Numbered from the stretch's first letter, positions 18,870 through 29,049 are shown. The stretch: 64,000 nucleotides of DNA from Longimicrobiales bacterium (GCA_965218295.1 CBDCKN010000015.1:128001-192000), one strand, 5' to 3'. Numbers and translations: made by a program. The notes: a model not told the origin generated them from the letters alone.

Positions 18870-20048
18870 TTAGTGCCTCCTCATGAATAGGACCGTAGTC
18901 TCCTTGACGTCCTCGCCCTGGAGCTTCCGGATGGCTTTGTGCACGGTCGCCACGACCTCTCCGGCGGGCTTCTGCTGCAGGGTGGAGACCAGGTCGGCCG
19001 CCCCCCTGAACAGGCCGGTTGAGCCTGTCGAGAGGACAATCACCATGTCGCCCGTACCGATCTCGTACTCCTGGGTACCGTACTGGAAGCCGTCCAGCAT
19101 GCCCAGGGGGGGGCCGTGGGACGGGAACTCGTCCAGAGTTCCGTCCCTGCGGATCACCGCGCCTCGGACATCACCCGCTCCGGACCAGAGCACCGACCCG
19201 TCGCCTGGCACCAACATCCCGGCCGTGACCGTCTGATCGACGCCGGGCGTCTCGTTGTGAGACAGACCGTCGTTGACGCTTGCGAAGAGCGACTCCGCCG
19301 ATTGACCCGTCCGAGCGAACTCGTTGAGGAAGGCCCGAGCGAGGGCCAACTGGTGGGCGGGTGGAAGCCTATCTCCGTGGACGGTCATGGCCACCAAGCC
19401 CGCCCTCCCGTCGGCAAAGCGGACGGTCTCCCAGGCGGTCCGGCCGGCGCCCGAGTCCTCCAGCATCGTGCCGGCGGCGAGGTCGAACCCGTCGGCCGTC
19501 GGGGCGCTCCGTGGCATGATCGCACGCTGTAGAGCCCGGTTGGGGTCGTCGGCTCCGCCCCCCGTCACTACCGGAGTCGGGACGCCCCGCTCGAGGCTCG
19601 CAAACCGAACGCCGAGGGCACGGAGAGCCTTCGAGAGAACCTGCAACATGCGCATTGCGAGGCTGTCGCCGCCGATGAGCTGCTCGAAGTCCTCACGCGA
19701 CAAGGTCAGCAGCTCGGTCTCCTCCAACGCCTTGGCCGTAGCTGAGCGGGGGGCGTCGTTCAAAAGGGCCATCTCCCCGAAGGCTTCACCGGCCCTGCGG
19801 ACCGCGAGCCTATCTGTTCCGCTCCCCGGAATGCCCTTCGATATCTCCACGGCGCCCTTTGACACAACATAGAAGCAGTCGCCGGGCTCCCCCTCCTCGA
19901 AGAGTACCTCACCATCCTGTGCAGTCACGCCCTTGACGACCTCGCTTACGCCACTGAGCTCGTCGTCCGGCAGTCCCTGGAAGAGGTCGACGTGCCGAAG
20001 CATTTCGATCACCTCGTCCAAGGACAGATCACGGGGTTCAGCGGCCAC
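18870..20048 (-). CDS. Cyclic-nucleotide-binding domain fused to a degenerate SpoIIE/PP2C-like domain
   Basis: cNMP: LFEEGEPGDCFYVVSKG, FGEMALLNDAPRSAT. C-terminal SpoIIE-like fold (LQRAIMP, GPPLGML, GDMVIVL) lacking the usual Asp residues. Confidence 0.8.
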   Translation of the reverse strand: MAAEPRDLSLDEVIEMLRHVDLFQGLPDDELSGVSEVVKGVTAQDGEVLFEEGEPGDCFYVVSKGAVEISKGIPGSGTDRLAVRRAGEAFGEMALLNDAPRSATAKALEETELLTLSREDFEQLIGGDSLAMRMLQVLSKALRALGVRFASLERGVPTPVVTGGGADDPNRALQRAIMPRSAPTADGFDLAAGTMLEDSGAGRTAWETVRFADGRAGLVAMTVHGDRLPPAHQLALARAFLNEFARTGQSAESLFASVNDGLSHNETPGVDQTVTAGMLVPGDGSVLWSGAGDVRGAVIRRDGTLDEFPSHGPPLGMLDGFQYGTQEYEIGTGDMVIVLSTGSTGLFRGAADLVSTLQQKPAGEVVATVHKAIRKLQGEDVKETTVLFMRRH

Positions 20049-20853
20049 TCAAGGCACTCCTACTCGGTGGAAGTGAGGGACTAAAACATACTCTCGGTCG
20101 GAAGGACCGGAAAAGGGCCTGACTGTCTCGTGGGATTTTCGCTTGCAAGACGTGGGGGGTGCTTGAAGATTGGATGGAGGGACGAATGAAGTCCCTTTCT
20201 GTTTCTGAAGGATTGGAAGGCCCCCCTGTGAAGGCATACCGGCAAAGCTCGCTCCCGGGACTCGTAGCTCTTCTCTCCGCTCTGTTCCTCGGCTCTTGCG
20301 TGGACGGCCCCGTGGCCGGTCCGGCCACCGACGAACGGCCGCACGTGCTCCACCTGGTGCCTCAGCTCAGCTATGCGGTGGCACCGGGCGCCCCGGCTCT
20401 GAGCGCCGCCCAGGAGGACGCGCTGAGCCAGGCGTTCGACCGGGTGAACCACTTCCGGCTGATCGTCAAGGATGTGAGCTGCACCGAAGTGCTGCTGGAC
20501 GTGACCTTCGAGGTGACGCCCGGCGAGGACGTGTACGACCTGTCGGTGGAGGTTCCGGGGATCACGCCCGGTGAGCCGGTGTGCGTCACCATCATCGCCA
20601 TGGACGGCGAGACCGTGCTCTTCGAGTCGCCGCCCCTCACGGTGGCGACGACCGACACGCAGACCGCCACGCCTCCTCAGCCGTTCTCCGCACCACTCAC
20701 GTACACGGGTCCGGGCGCCGATGCGGTGGGGGTCGAGATCCTGTCGACGGGCGCGGTGCTGCCTCCGGGCGGGAGTCGGACGTTCGAGGCGGAGGTGTTG
20801 GGGAGCGACGGCAGCGTCTTGACCAACGTGCCGTTGGGCTGGACGGTGGCTTC

Positions 20854-22310
20854 GAAGCTGTCCCAACCGTAGTTGAAGGTTCCTGATAGGGGAGAAAGAA
20901 AAGTGGTGGCTCCGGGGGTCCCGGGCCGATAGGCTCGGGTAGGCAAAAACCCCAACACGGAGCCACCACGATGAAGAGAACGTACGAGGTAAGGGATCGG
21001 GCGGACAAGCGCGCGATCAGGGAGTTCCTGAAGCGGGAGGGGCAGTTTCTGCTTCCGATGCTTGAGCTCGTGGAGCAGACGGAGGTCGCGATCGACGAAG
21101 TCATCCAGGTGATGGGACGAGCGACGATCGAAGCGGTGCTGGAGATGAGCGCCGAGGGTGTGGCAGGCGTGAAGCAGGCAGGTCGGTCACGAGCGGAAGA
21201 CGACACGGTGTGGTATGGCCGGCAGGGTGGTGTGGTTTACCTGTCGGACCGGAAGGTGCGTGTGGAGCGGCCACGGCTCAGGCGCCGGGGCGCCGGGGAG
21301 GGTGGCGAGGTCGAGGTGCCGGCGTACGCAGCGATGCGGAGACCGGGCGCCGTGGCGGATCGGATGCTCGAGGTCCTGATGGCGGGGGTGAGCACGCGGA
21401 AGTACGGCCGTGTGATCGGTGAGATGGCCGACACGGTCGGGGTGAGCAAGTCGGCGGTGAGCCGTGAGACGGTCGAGGCCTCGGAGCGCGTGCTGAAGGA
21501 GCTGATGGAGCGCCGGCTGGATGCGTGGGACCTCCTGGTGATCTACCTGGACGGGATCCAGATGGGCTCGCACCACGTGCTTGCTGCGGTAGGCGTGGAC
21601 TCAGACGGAAAGAAGCACGTGCTGGGCGTGAGGGAAGGAGCGAGTGAGAACGCCGAGGTGACCGGGGCGCTCCTAGAGGATCTGGTCGAGCGCGGCCTGG
21701 ACCCGGGCAGGCGGCGGCTGTTCGTGATCGATGGCTCGAAAGCGCTCAGGAAGGCGATCGAGAAGGTGTTCGGCCAACGTCACCCCATCCAGCGCTGCCG
21801 CAACCACAAGCTCCGCAACGTGCTGGGTCATCTGCCGAAGGATCAGCATCCTCAGGTGAAGGCGGCGTTCCGGGCGGCGATGAAGCTGGACGCGAAGCAG
21901 GGCGAGCAGAAGCTCGAGCAGCTCGCCCGATGGCTCGAGCGCGACCACCCCTCGGCCTCGGCCAGCCTACGCGAAGGCCTCAGCGAGATGTTCACGATCA
22001 ACCGGCTCGGCCTCCCGCCGCGGCTGAGGAAGTGCCTGGGCTCGACCAACCTGATCGACAGCACCCACTCGGGCGTAAGACAGAAGACCCGCAGGGTGAC
22101 CAACTGGAAGAACGGAGCGATGGCCTTGCGCTGGGCTGCGGCCTCGTTCGTGGAGACCGAGAAGAGCTACCGGAGGATCATCGGCTACGACCAGCTCTGG
22201 ATGCTCAGGGCCCACCTCGACGACCATGAACCGGTTGCCGAAATGAGAAAGGCAGGCTAACAAGGAGACTCTCCGGAGCCACCACCTTCAACTGTCAGCG
22301 GGACACCATC
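20854..22310 (+). mobile_element. IS256-family insertion sequence, 1457 bp
   Basis: Imperfect 27-bp IRs GAAGCTGTCCCAACCGTAGTTGAAGGT / GATGGTGTCCCGCTGACAGTTGAAGGT (rc); 8-bp TSD GTGGCTTC at 20846-20853 and 22311-22318. Confidence 0.92.
20971..22260 (+). CDS. IS256 (Mutator-like) DDE transposase
   Basis: GVSTRK, VSKSAVSR, IYLDG, VIDGSKAL, QRCRNHKLRN, STNLIDS. Confidence 0.92.
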   Translation: MKRTYEVRDRADKRAIREFLKREGQFLLPMLELVEQTEVAIDEVIQVMGRATIEAVLEMSAEGVAGVKQAGRSRAEDDTVWYGRQGGVVYLSDRKVRVERPRLRRRGAGEGGEVEVPAYAAMRRPGAVADRMLEVLMAGVSTRKYGRVIGEMADTVGVSKSAVSRETVEASERVLKELMERRLDAWDLLVIYLDGIQMGSHHVLAAVGVDSDGKKHVLGVREGASENAEVTGALLEDLVERGLDPGRRRLFVIDGSKALRKAIEKVFGQRHPIQRCRNHKLRNVLGHLPKDQHPQVKAAFRAAMKLDAKQGEQKLEQLARWLERDHPSASASLREGLSEMFTINRLGLPPRLRKCLGSTNLIDSTHSGVRQKTRRVTNWKNGAMALRWAAASFVETEKSYRRIIGYDQLWMLRAHLDDHEPVAEMRKAG

Positions 22311-25110
22311 GTGGCTTCGCCCGCAGTAGCGTCGGTGACGGATGCCGGCACGGTAACGGGCGGCGGCGGCGGCCGGACGCTGGTGACGGTGACGACGCCC
22401 ACGGGTCTGAGCGCGAGCGTGTGGGTCTACGTGTTCGGCGGGGAGATGACGTTCATCCAGGGCGGCATGGTGATGACGGCCCCGGTGGTGGGCGGCACGG
22501 CGCAGGTGATCGCGGGGACGGGCGGAGCACACGGACCGGTGCCCACGGGCAACGGGGTGATGTACGGCGAGGGGGGGATGGTCTTTATCTCGGGCGTTGC
22601 GATCATGTCGGGCTCGTGGCCTGCGCCGTCGCCGGACGGGACGAAGATCGCGGCGGACGGGGGCGGGGTGGTGCTGCTGGCCAACGCCGACGGCTCGGGA
22701 GAGTCGGAGGGTCCTGCGGGTTCGCTGCCTGCGTGGGCCGGTGCGACGAGTCTCTACGTGAGCGGCGGCTCCATCGAGCTGGTGGACGTGGTGAGCGGCA
22801 GCCGGAGCCTGGTGATCCCGGGCGCTGCGACCTTCCCGACCGTGACGGCGGAGGGACGCCTGGCCTATCTGGACGGAGGGGGCCAGGTGTTCATCCAGGG
22901 CTCGGGTCCGGTGCCGGACGTTGTGACGGGCTCACGGCCTGCGATCCAGGGCGGCTGGGCGCTGTACGCAGGCGGGGGAGGGCTGATGGTGGCGCCCGTG
23001 GACGGCGCCAGTCCTCCCATGCCGCTGGGCATCAGTGGCACGGATCCGGCGTGGGGCAGCGCGAGCGGTGGCTTCACGCCTCCCTCTCCTCCACCCCCGG
23101 TGGAGATCACGGGACTCGATCCCGAGGTACCGATCCCCGGCCAGGAAGCTCTGATCCTGGGCAGCGGCTTCGATCCGATCATCGCGTCGAACACGCGGGT
23201 GTTCTTCCCGACGTCTGAGGGTGAGGTGGAGGTCGAGGTGCTGGAGATCACGGCCACGAGCATCCGGGTTGTGGTGCCCCGGGGTGTGGCGGCCGACGAG
23301 ATCCGGGTGGCGACGCTCACGAGTGAGGCGACGTTCCCCTATACGCCCATCTTCGGGAGCGTGGCGGTCACGGCAGTGACGCCGTGGGGTGCGCCGGTGG
23401 CGGGTCTGGGCGTCGTGCTCACGCAGGGCGGCACGGAGGCGGCGTCGGGTGTGACCGACGCGTCGGGCTCGCTCTTCCTGGACGGGATCCTGGCGGGCGA
23501 CTACACGGCGGCGTATGCGGCACCTGCCGGGTTCGCGATCACGAGCGCACAGCCGACGGCACTGACCGTCACGACCGATGTACTGAGCGTGGAGGTGGAG
23601 GCGACGCCCGAGGTTCGGAGAATCACGATCGATCCCGCAGCGCCCGAGGTCGAGGTGGGCTCAAGCGTCGAGGTGATGCTCCAGCCGCTGGACATCAACG
23701 GGAACGTGATCCCGCAGATCGACCAGGTCACGTGGGCGAGCTCGTCGCCTGTGTTGACCGCGAGCGGCAGCACGCTCACCGGAGTGGCGCCCTCGACCAC
23801 ACCGGGCGACGCACTGTTCCGTGTGTTCGTGAACGGCACCGGAGCAGACTTCTTCGCCACGGTCACTTCGTTCATCGAGGGCACGTTCACACTGGGGGCC
23901 GCAGTAACGGCACCGGGCGAGGCCGAGGGTGGCCCCGCGGCGGCTCCCGAGCCCCTCCGGCCCATCGAAGTCGAGCTGAAACAGGGCTCCACGGTTCTGA
24001 AGCGGACCGAGAGCGACGCCGACGGTCGCTACAGGTTCCCCGGCCTGTTCGCCGGCAGCTACACGGTCCACCCACTCCCCAGGGGCGACTACAAGGGGTT
24101 CTCGCCCTCGTCCGCCAGCGTGACCCTCGGTCCGGGGCAGGCCACGGGACACGCCAACTTCGAGGTGCTCCAGCAGGCGGTCGAGGCCCTCCTCTGGGAC
24201 CTGACCGGGTTCTGGCACGAGTCTGACCTGTCCGGCATCCAGAATGACGCCTTCGTAGATGGCCTGGTCGTGCTGGCGCCGGGCGACGGCTCCGACGGGT
24301 TCCTGCCGGCTCCGTTCGACGGCGACTTTTCCCACTGGTTCGGGGAGGACGACATGGGCAACTTCATGGGCGAGCGGGCCGACTCGAACCCGGGCAGCGG
24401 CGGCTCCTCCACCGCGGCCCGCTCGGGCCGGATGACCTCACAGGTCTTCAGTATGCCTCCGAGTGGTGTGCCGGCGTCCCTCGAGTTCGAGTACTGGTTC
24501 GAGATCGAGTCCGTGGATCCGGATGGGTTCGACCTTATGGAGATCCTGATCGAGGACATCGGTGCAGCCACGACGACTTCTTTGGGCGTGCTCAACCCGA
24601 GCACCGGCCCGGGCGGATCGCCCTCCCAGCCGTTCACCTCCGGGGGCTTCAACGTTCCGCCGGTCTGGGTGCACCAGACTTTGAACATTGACTCTTTCAG
24701 TGGGAAGGACGTGCGCATCATCTTCGACTTCGATACCGGCGACAGCGCCTACAACGGGTTCCGGGGCTGGATCGTGGACAGCGTCCATATCACCCCTGGC
24801 GGCTCACCCCTGTTGGCACCGGGTATGGCTGCCGCAACAGCCGGCGGGCTCAACCCGAAGCCGAAGCCACACTCCCGCGCTGGCGACCCACACTGACGGC
24901 GTGATGGCCCAACGGACCGACGCCCAAAAAGCGGGGGCCGCGTGCTCGAACGCGCTGCCCCCTTCTTGGGCGCCATCAGCCCATCCCCTGCCTCGGTGGC
25001 ACCGCGGCTCAGCCTGGCCGCAACGAACGAAAAACCTCGCCGAAACCGGCTTCTCCCGAGTAGATTCAATGAGTATCTCGAGGCGCTGACGACTCATCGG
25101 GAGAGTTCGG

Positions 25111-26025
25111 GTGGAGCAAGCGATGGACGCCGCCTCACCGGCCACGACGATGGAGACCGAGGAGGTACACCCCGTGATCGAGGCAGTTTGCTGGGGAACC
25201 CGAGGGTCTATCGCCAGTCCGGGTCCGGCGACCGCCAAGTACGGTGGGAACACGCCCTGCATGGAGGTGTGCCTCGACGACGGGCGGCGCTTCATCTTCG
25301 ACGCTGGCACGGGGATCCGTCCCCTGGGCTCGCACATGACGAGCGAGGAGGGCGCCACCGACGCCATCATCTTCCTCACACACTTCCATTGGGACCACAT
25401 CCAGGGGTTCCCATTCTTCGTCCCTTTGTACAACCCGAACGCGTCGCTCCAAATCATCGGTCCCAAGCAGTTCGACGTGGACATTCAAACGCTTTTCGCC
25501 GGGCAGATGGGGCCGATCTACTTCCCCATCCCCTTCGACGCCCTCGCTGCGCACAAGGAGTTCTCCCATCTGAACGAGGGCGTTTGGGAGGACGACGGGT
25601 TCAGCGTATCGGCTATGCGAATGAGACATCCGTCCTTCACGGTCGGGTATCGCATCGAGTACGGAGGTGCGTCCCTCGCTTACATCCCGGACAACGAGAT
25701 CGTGGGAGAGGATTACGACGTGGGCGAGGACTGGCATCGCCAGTTCATCGACTTCGTGGGCGATGTGGACGTCTTGATCCACGACGCCATGTTCACCGAG
25801 GAGGAGTACCAGTCCAAGCTGGGCTGGGGGCATTCTACCTTCCGCCAGGCACTCCATCTCGCTGACGAGGCGGGCGTAAAGAGGCTCCTCTTCTTTCACC
25901 ATGATCCCGAGCGTCACGACGAGAATCTCTCCGAGCTAGTGTCGTCACACCGGGACGAGGCCCTCTCCCTCGGATATAGCTTTCAGGTCGACGCCGCAGC
26001 CGAACGCGCCGACATCCTGCTCTAG
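25111..26025 (+). CDS. MBL-fold metallo-hydrolase (RNase Z / cyclic-nucleotide phosphodiesterase-like)
   Basis: WGTRGSIASPG, YGGNTPC, FDAGTG, THFHWDHIQG (HxHxDH), GWGHST, FHHDP. Start could be 25122. Confidence 0.85.
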   Translation: MEQAMDAASPATTMETEEVHPVIEAVCWGTRGSIASPGPATAKYGGNTPCMEVCLDDGRRFIFDAGTGIRPLGSHMTSEEGATDAIIFLTHFHWDHIQGFPFFVPLYNPNASLQIIGPKQFDVDIQTLFAGQMGPIYFPIPFDALAAHKEFSHLNEGVWEDDGFSVSAMRMRHPSFTVGYRIEYGGASLAYIPDNEIVGEDYDVGEDWHRQFIDFVGDVDVLIHDAMFTEEEYQSKLGWGHSTFRQALHLADEAGVKRLLFFHHDPERHDENLSELVSSHRDEALSLGYSFQVDAAAERADILL

Positions 26026-26036
26026 GAGACCACGCC

Positions 26037-27923
26037 GTGAGACGTTTCGCCCCTGTGGTGGCGGCAATGGCAACAGCCGTACCGCTGCTCGCCTTCGGGC
26101 CCGCCGAACGCATCGCTCCCACGCACTGGGCGGTGATCATCGGAATCAGTGACTACGTCCACTATGACGACGTAACAGGTGGCGACCTCCCCGGTGCGGA
26201 GCACGATGCCCGGGGCATGCGGGACGTTCTCCTCAGCCGGTACAGTTTCCCGCCCGACAACATCCGGATGCTCCTGAATCAGGAAGCCACCCGCGCCAAC
26301 ATCGAGGTCGCCCTCACGGAGTGCCTGCCCGAGCGGGCGCGTCCCGGCGACAATGTCACCGTCTTCTATGCCGGACACGGCTCACAGATGTGGGACGAGA
26401 GCGGCGACGAGGACGATGGTCTCGACGAAACGCTGGCCCCCGCCGACGTCAGCCCCACGTCGACCGAGTTCGACATCAGTGACGACGAATTCGGAGCCTG
26501 GCTCCGGGCCCTCCCGACGGACAACGTCGTGGTGTTCCTGGACAACTGCAGCTCCGGATCGGGAACGCGCGACGTCACTCCTTTCTCCCGCACACGCCAG
26601 CTCGGACGGGACGTATCAGAGATCGACAGGCCGGCGACCATTTCCCGGCGCGCACTCCCGAACGAGAGAGACCGGACGGGCTTCGACCCCCAGGGCGCGA
26701 ACGTCCTGGAGCTCGCCGCCGCCCAGCCCGACCAGCCGGCCGTGGACGCCTTCTTCCCGGGGGAGAACGGCGCGGACCCCTTCCACGGTGGGGCGTTCAC
26801 GACCTTCCTCATCCGGGAGCTCTGGAGGGCCCCGGCGGACATGTCGTACGAGGACGCATACCGCCGGGTGTCAGACGACCTCAAGAGAAATCGCTTCGAG
26901 CAGGACCCCTACCTCTCCGAGGACGTGGCGTCCAAGTCGCTTCCACTCTTCTTCGTGGAGGGTGGGTCCCGGGGCACGTCTTCGGCGTCCCTGCCGGTGC
27001 TTTCCATCAATGGCTCCACGGCTGAGCTACAGGGCGGCCAGGCGCTTGGAATCACCTTGGGATCGACGTTCAGCACGGCCGAAGGCGCCCGCATGGTGGT
27101 GGAGTCGGTGAGCTCCGACCGCTCCGACGCCAGAGTCCTGACGGGATTCGTGAGCGAGGGCGATCGTGCGACCTTGGAGGGCTATCGCTTCCCGTCCAGC
27201 CCTCTGCGAGTCAACGTCGCCGGGGCGGACACCGGCACCGCCGACGCTCTGGCGAGCGCCATCGAGGGCTCCGAGGCGATCGTGCTTATCCATGATGCGG
27301 AGTCCTACTCCGATCTGCTTCTGCGGCGCCGGGGCACGGACATCCGGGTGGTTGGAATGGACGGGGCGGCACGGCACGTCTTCCCGGCAGGCGCCGAGGG
27401 CGCCGCCGACCTGGCCGATGCCCTCATGCGTGAGGCCTCCGCGAAGAGGCTCGGCGACATGGAGAACCCGGCACAGCCGTTCGGCCTCGAGGTCTGGCTT
27501 GCCGGCGGAGTGTCCAGCTTCGGCATCGGCGAGAACGTGCGCTTCCTGGCCGAGGCCGAGCGCAGCGGATACCTGACCCTGGTTGACCTCGGTACCGACG
27601 GGACGGTCACCGTGCTCTTCCCGAACCCGTACGACCGGGAAAACGTGGTGACTGCGGGACAGCGAATCGAGTTCCCGACCGAGAGCATGGAGTCCGAGAT
27701 CCAGGCCATGCCGCCGGCTGGCCGGGGAATGGTCCGCGCCTTCCTGACGCCGGAACCGTTGGACATCGCCGTCGGTGACGATTTCACCGCGGGCAAGCTC
27801 GAGCTCGCCGATCTCATTGCTGACGCCGTTCGCAGGGCCGCCGGCCCGGCGGAGGGCTCCGATGGAGCTGTACGTCTCGACTCGTGGGCGAGTGCGTCGG
27901 TGATGTACGAGATCCACAACTAG
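26037..27923 (+). CDS. Exported caspase-family (peptidase C14) protein with C-terminal DUF4384-like domain
   Basis: Signal peptide; WAVIIGISDY, FYAGHGS (His), FLDNCSSG (Cys), HGGAFTTFL; C-terminal GYLTLVDLGTDGTVTVLFPN. Confidence 0.85.
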   Translation: MRRFAPVVAAMATAVPLLAFGPAERIAPTHWAVIIGISDYVHYDDVTGGDLPGAEHDARGMRDVLLSRYSFPPDNIRMLLNQEATRANIEVALTECLPERARPGDNVTVFYAGHGSQMWDESGDEDDGLDETLAPADVSPTSTEFDISDDEFGAWLRALPTDNVVVFLDNCSSGSGTRDVTPFSRTRQLGRDVSEIDRPATISRRALPNERDRTGFDPQGANVLELAAAQPDQPAVDAFFPGENGADPFHGGAFTTFLIRELWRAPADMSYEDAYRRVSDDLKRNRFEQDPYLSEDVASKSLPLFFVEGGSRGTSSASLPVLSINGSTAELQGGQALGITLGSTFSTAEGARMVVESVSSDRSDARVLTGFVSEGDRATLEGYRFPSSPLRVNVAGADTGTADALASAIEGSEAIVLIHDAESYSDLLLRRRGTDIRVVGMDGAARHVFPAGAEGAADLADALMREASAKRLGDMENPAQPFGLEVWLAGGVSSFGIGENVRFLAEAERSGYLTLVDLGTDGTVTVLFPNPYDRENVVTAGQRIEFPTESMESEIQAMPPAGRGMVRAFLTPEPLDIAVGDDFTAGKLELADLIADAVRRAAGPAEGSDGAVRLDSWASASVMYEIHN

Positions 27924-28086
27924 TGTTCCGTTTCCGAAGTTCGCGAGTCACCAAGAGGGCCGGGGCGCCGTGGGATCAAGGCGGGACGACGCGGCGTAGC
28001 GCAAGCTACGGCAAGGAGTTCCAACGCCGAGCCCACGGATGCACTGTGCACTCGACTGGCCGAGACACTTTGGTAACGGGACACTA
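27921..28086. mobile_element. MITE-like element, family A copy 2
   Basis: Same termini and body as 1749-1933; CTAG at both ends; begins at the TAG stop of the caspase gene. Confidence 0.85.
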
Positions 28087-28153
28087 GCGTCGAGCGCCGC
28101 GACCGTGCCTGACCGGGTGGGCTGGAGCCCCGAGACGCCTCGGCCGTGATGCT

Positions 28154-29049
28154 ATGAAGTGGAAGCGCGTTGGGATTCTGGCCTTGATCACGTTGGGCTC
28201 CGGAAGCGTCGCGCAGCTGGCCGACCGATACGGTACGCTCACGGGAGTCGAAGACCTCGAGCTTCTTACGCTCGATCTCCGGCAACGGGCCGCCTCGGAG
28301 CAGCTCCGCCGGACCCGGGGCGGGACCGAGGTGGTGCTCGTCTTCTTCGATCAAGCGGCCTCGGAGAGCTGGAACTGGCTGTCCCCCTTCCCCCGCGCCC
28401 ACCTGGCGGACCTCATCGATGCCGTCTCCTTCGCGGGGGCCAAGACCATCGGTCTGGACGTCTATCTCGATCGTCGCTACGACCTGCTCAATTCGGTGGA
28501 CGGCGGAGACGATCGACTGCGTCAGTCCATGGCCAACGCTGGCAACGTCTTCCTCGTCTCTCTGGTTGTGGACTCCGAGGACGGCGAGACCAAGGTCCTT
28601 GCCCAGCCCGATCCGTACTTCGCCAACGTCGCCGCCGGGGTAGCCTCCGCCGACCTGCCGACACCGTTCGAGACCATCCGGGATGGCACGCTGGTGGTTC
28701 GGTCCGGGGACGGGCTCGCTCCCGGCTTCGCCCTGGCTCTCTATCTGCACTCACGGGGGCTCTCAACCTCGATGACGTGATGTCCGAGGCCAAGGCCAAC
28801 GCGCGCTTGGCGCTTCCGGGTCTACCCCGCGGGACGGGGGACATACCCGAGGATTGGTGGCAGCCGGATGTCACTCCAGAGAGCTATGCCGTGACGTTCC
28901 CGCTGCACTTCATGGGGCCCCCCTCACACACGGTCCAGGGAGAGGTCGATGTCGGCACTTTCCAGGCCGTGGCATCCCTGAGCGCGGTGGGACTCGCGTA
29001 TCTAAGTCCGGAGTTCTTCAAGGGCAAGATCGTCCTGCTTGGGACGGGC
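28154..29049 (+). pseudogene. CHASE2 sensor-domain protein, frameshifted and 3'-truncated (TM helices and output domain missing)
   Basis: LELLTLDLR, SPFPRAHLADLIDAV, GAKTIGLDVYLD, D..LRQSM; frame change near 28755-28764; ends at FFKGKIVLLGTG. Confidence 0.8.

Larger units (their letters stand above)
20186..24896 (+). pseudogene. Large multidomain surface lipoprotein (about 1080 aa reconstructed; Big_2, TolB-like, IPT/TIG, carboxypeptidase-regulatory-like, C-terminal beta-sandwich) interrupted by IS256
   Basis: Lipobox LFLGSC. Removing 20854-22318 restores in-frame WTVASPAVASVTDAGTVTG (Big_2 motif); PSPDGTKIA; ITGLDP...ILGSGFD; DADGRYRFPGLFAGSYTV; NGFRGWIVDSV. Confidence 0.8.

Noticed and set aside
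24922..24971. Long GC-rich hairpin after the lipoprotein stop as riboswitch or ncRNA
   Set aside because: No recognisable aptamer and no U-tract on the sense strand; at most a stabilising or terminating stem.
25111..27923. CBASS/Pycsar/Avs-type anti-phage system (MBL + caspase + cNMP domain)
   Set aside because: No CD-NTase, pyrimidine cyclase or STAND NTPase is visible, and the caspase appears exported. Signalling fits better, though the deleted segment is unknown.
28854..29040. N-terminus of the 389-aa PFK ORF as a novel domain
   Set aside because: It is an off-frame read of the CHASE2 remnant upstream of the junction.
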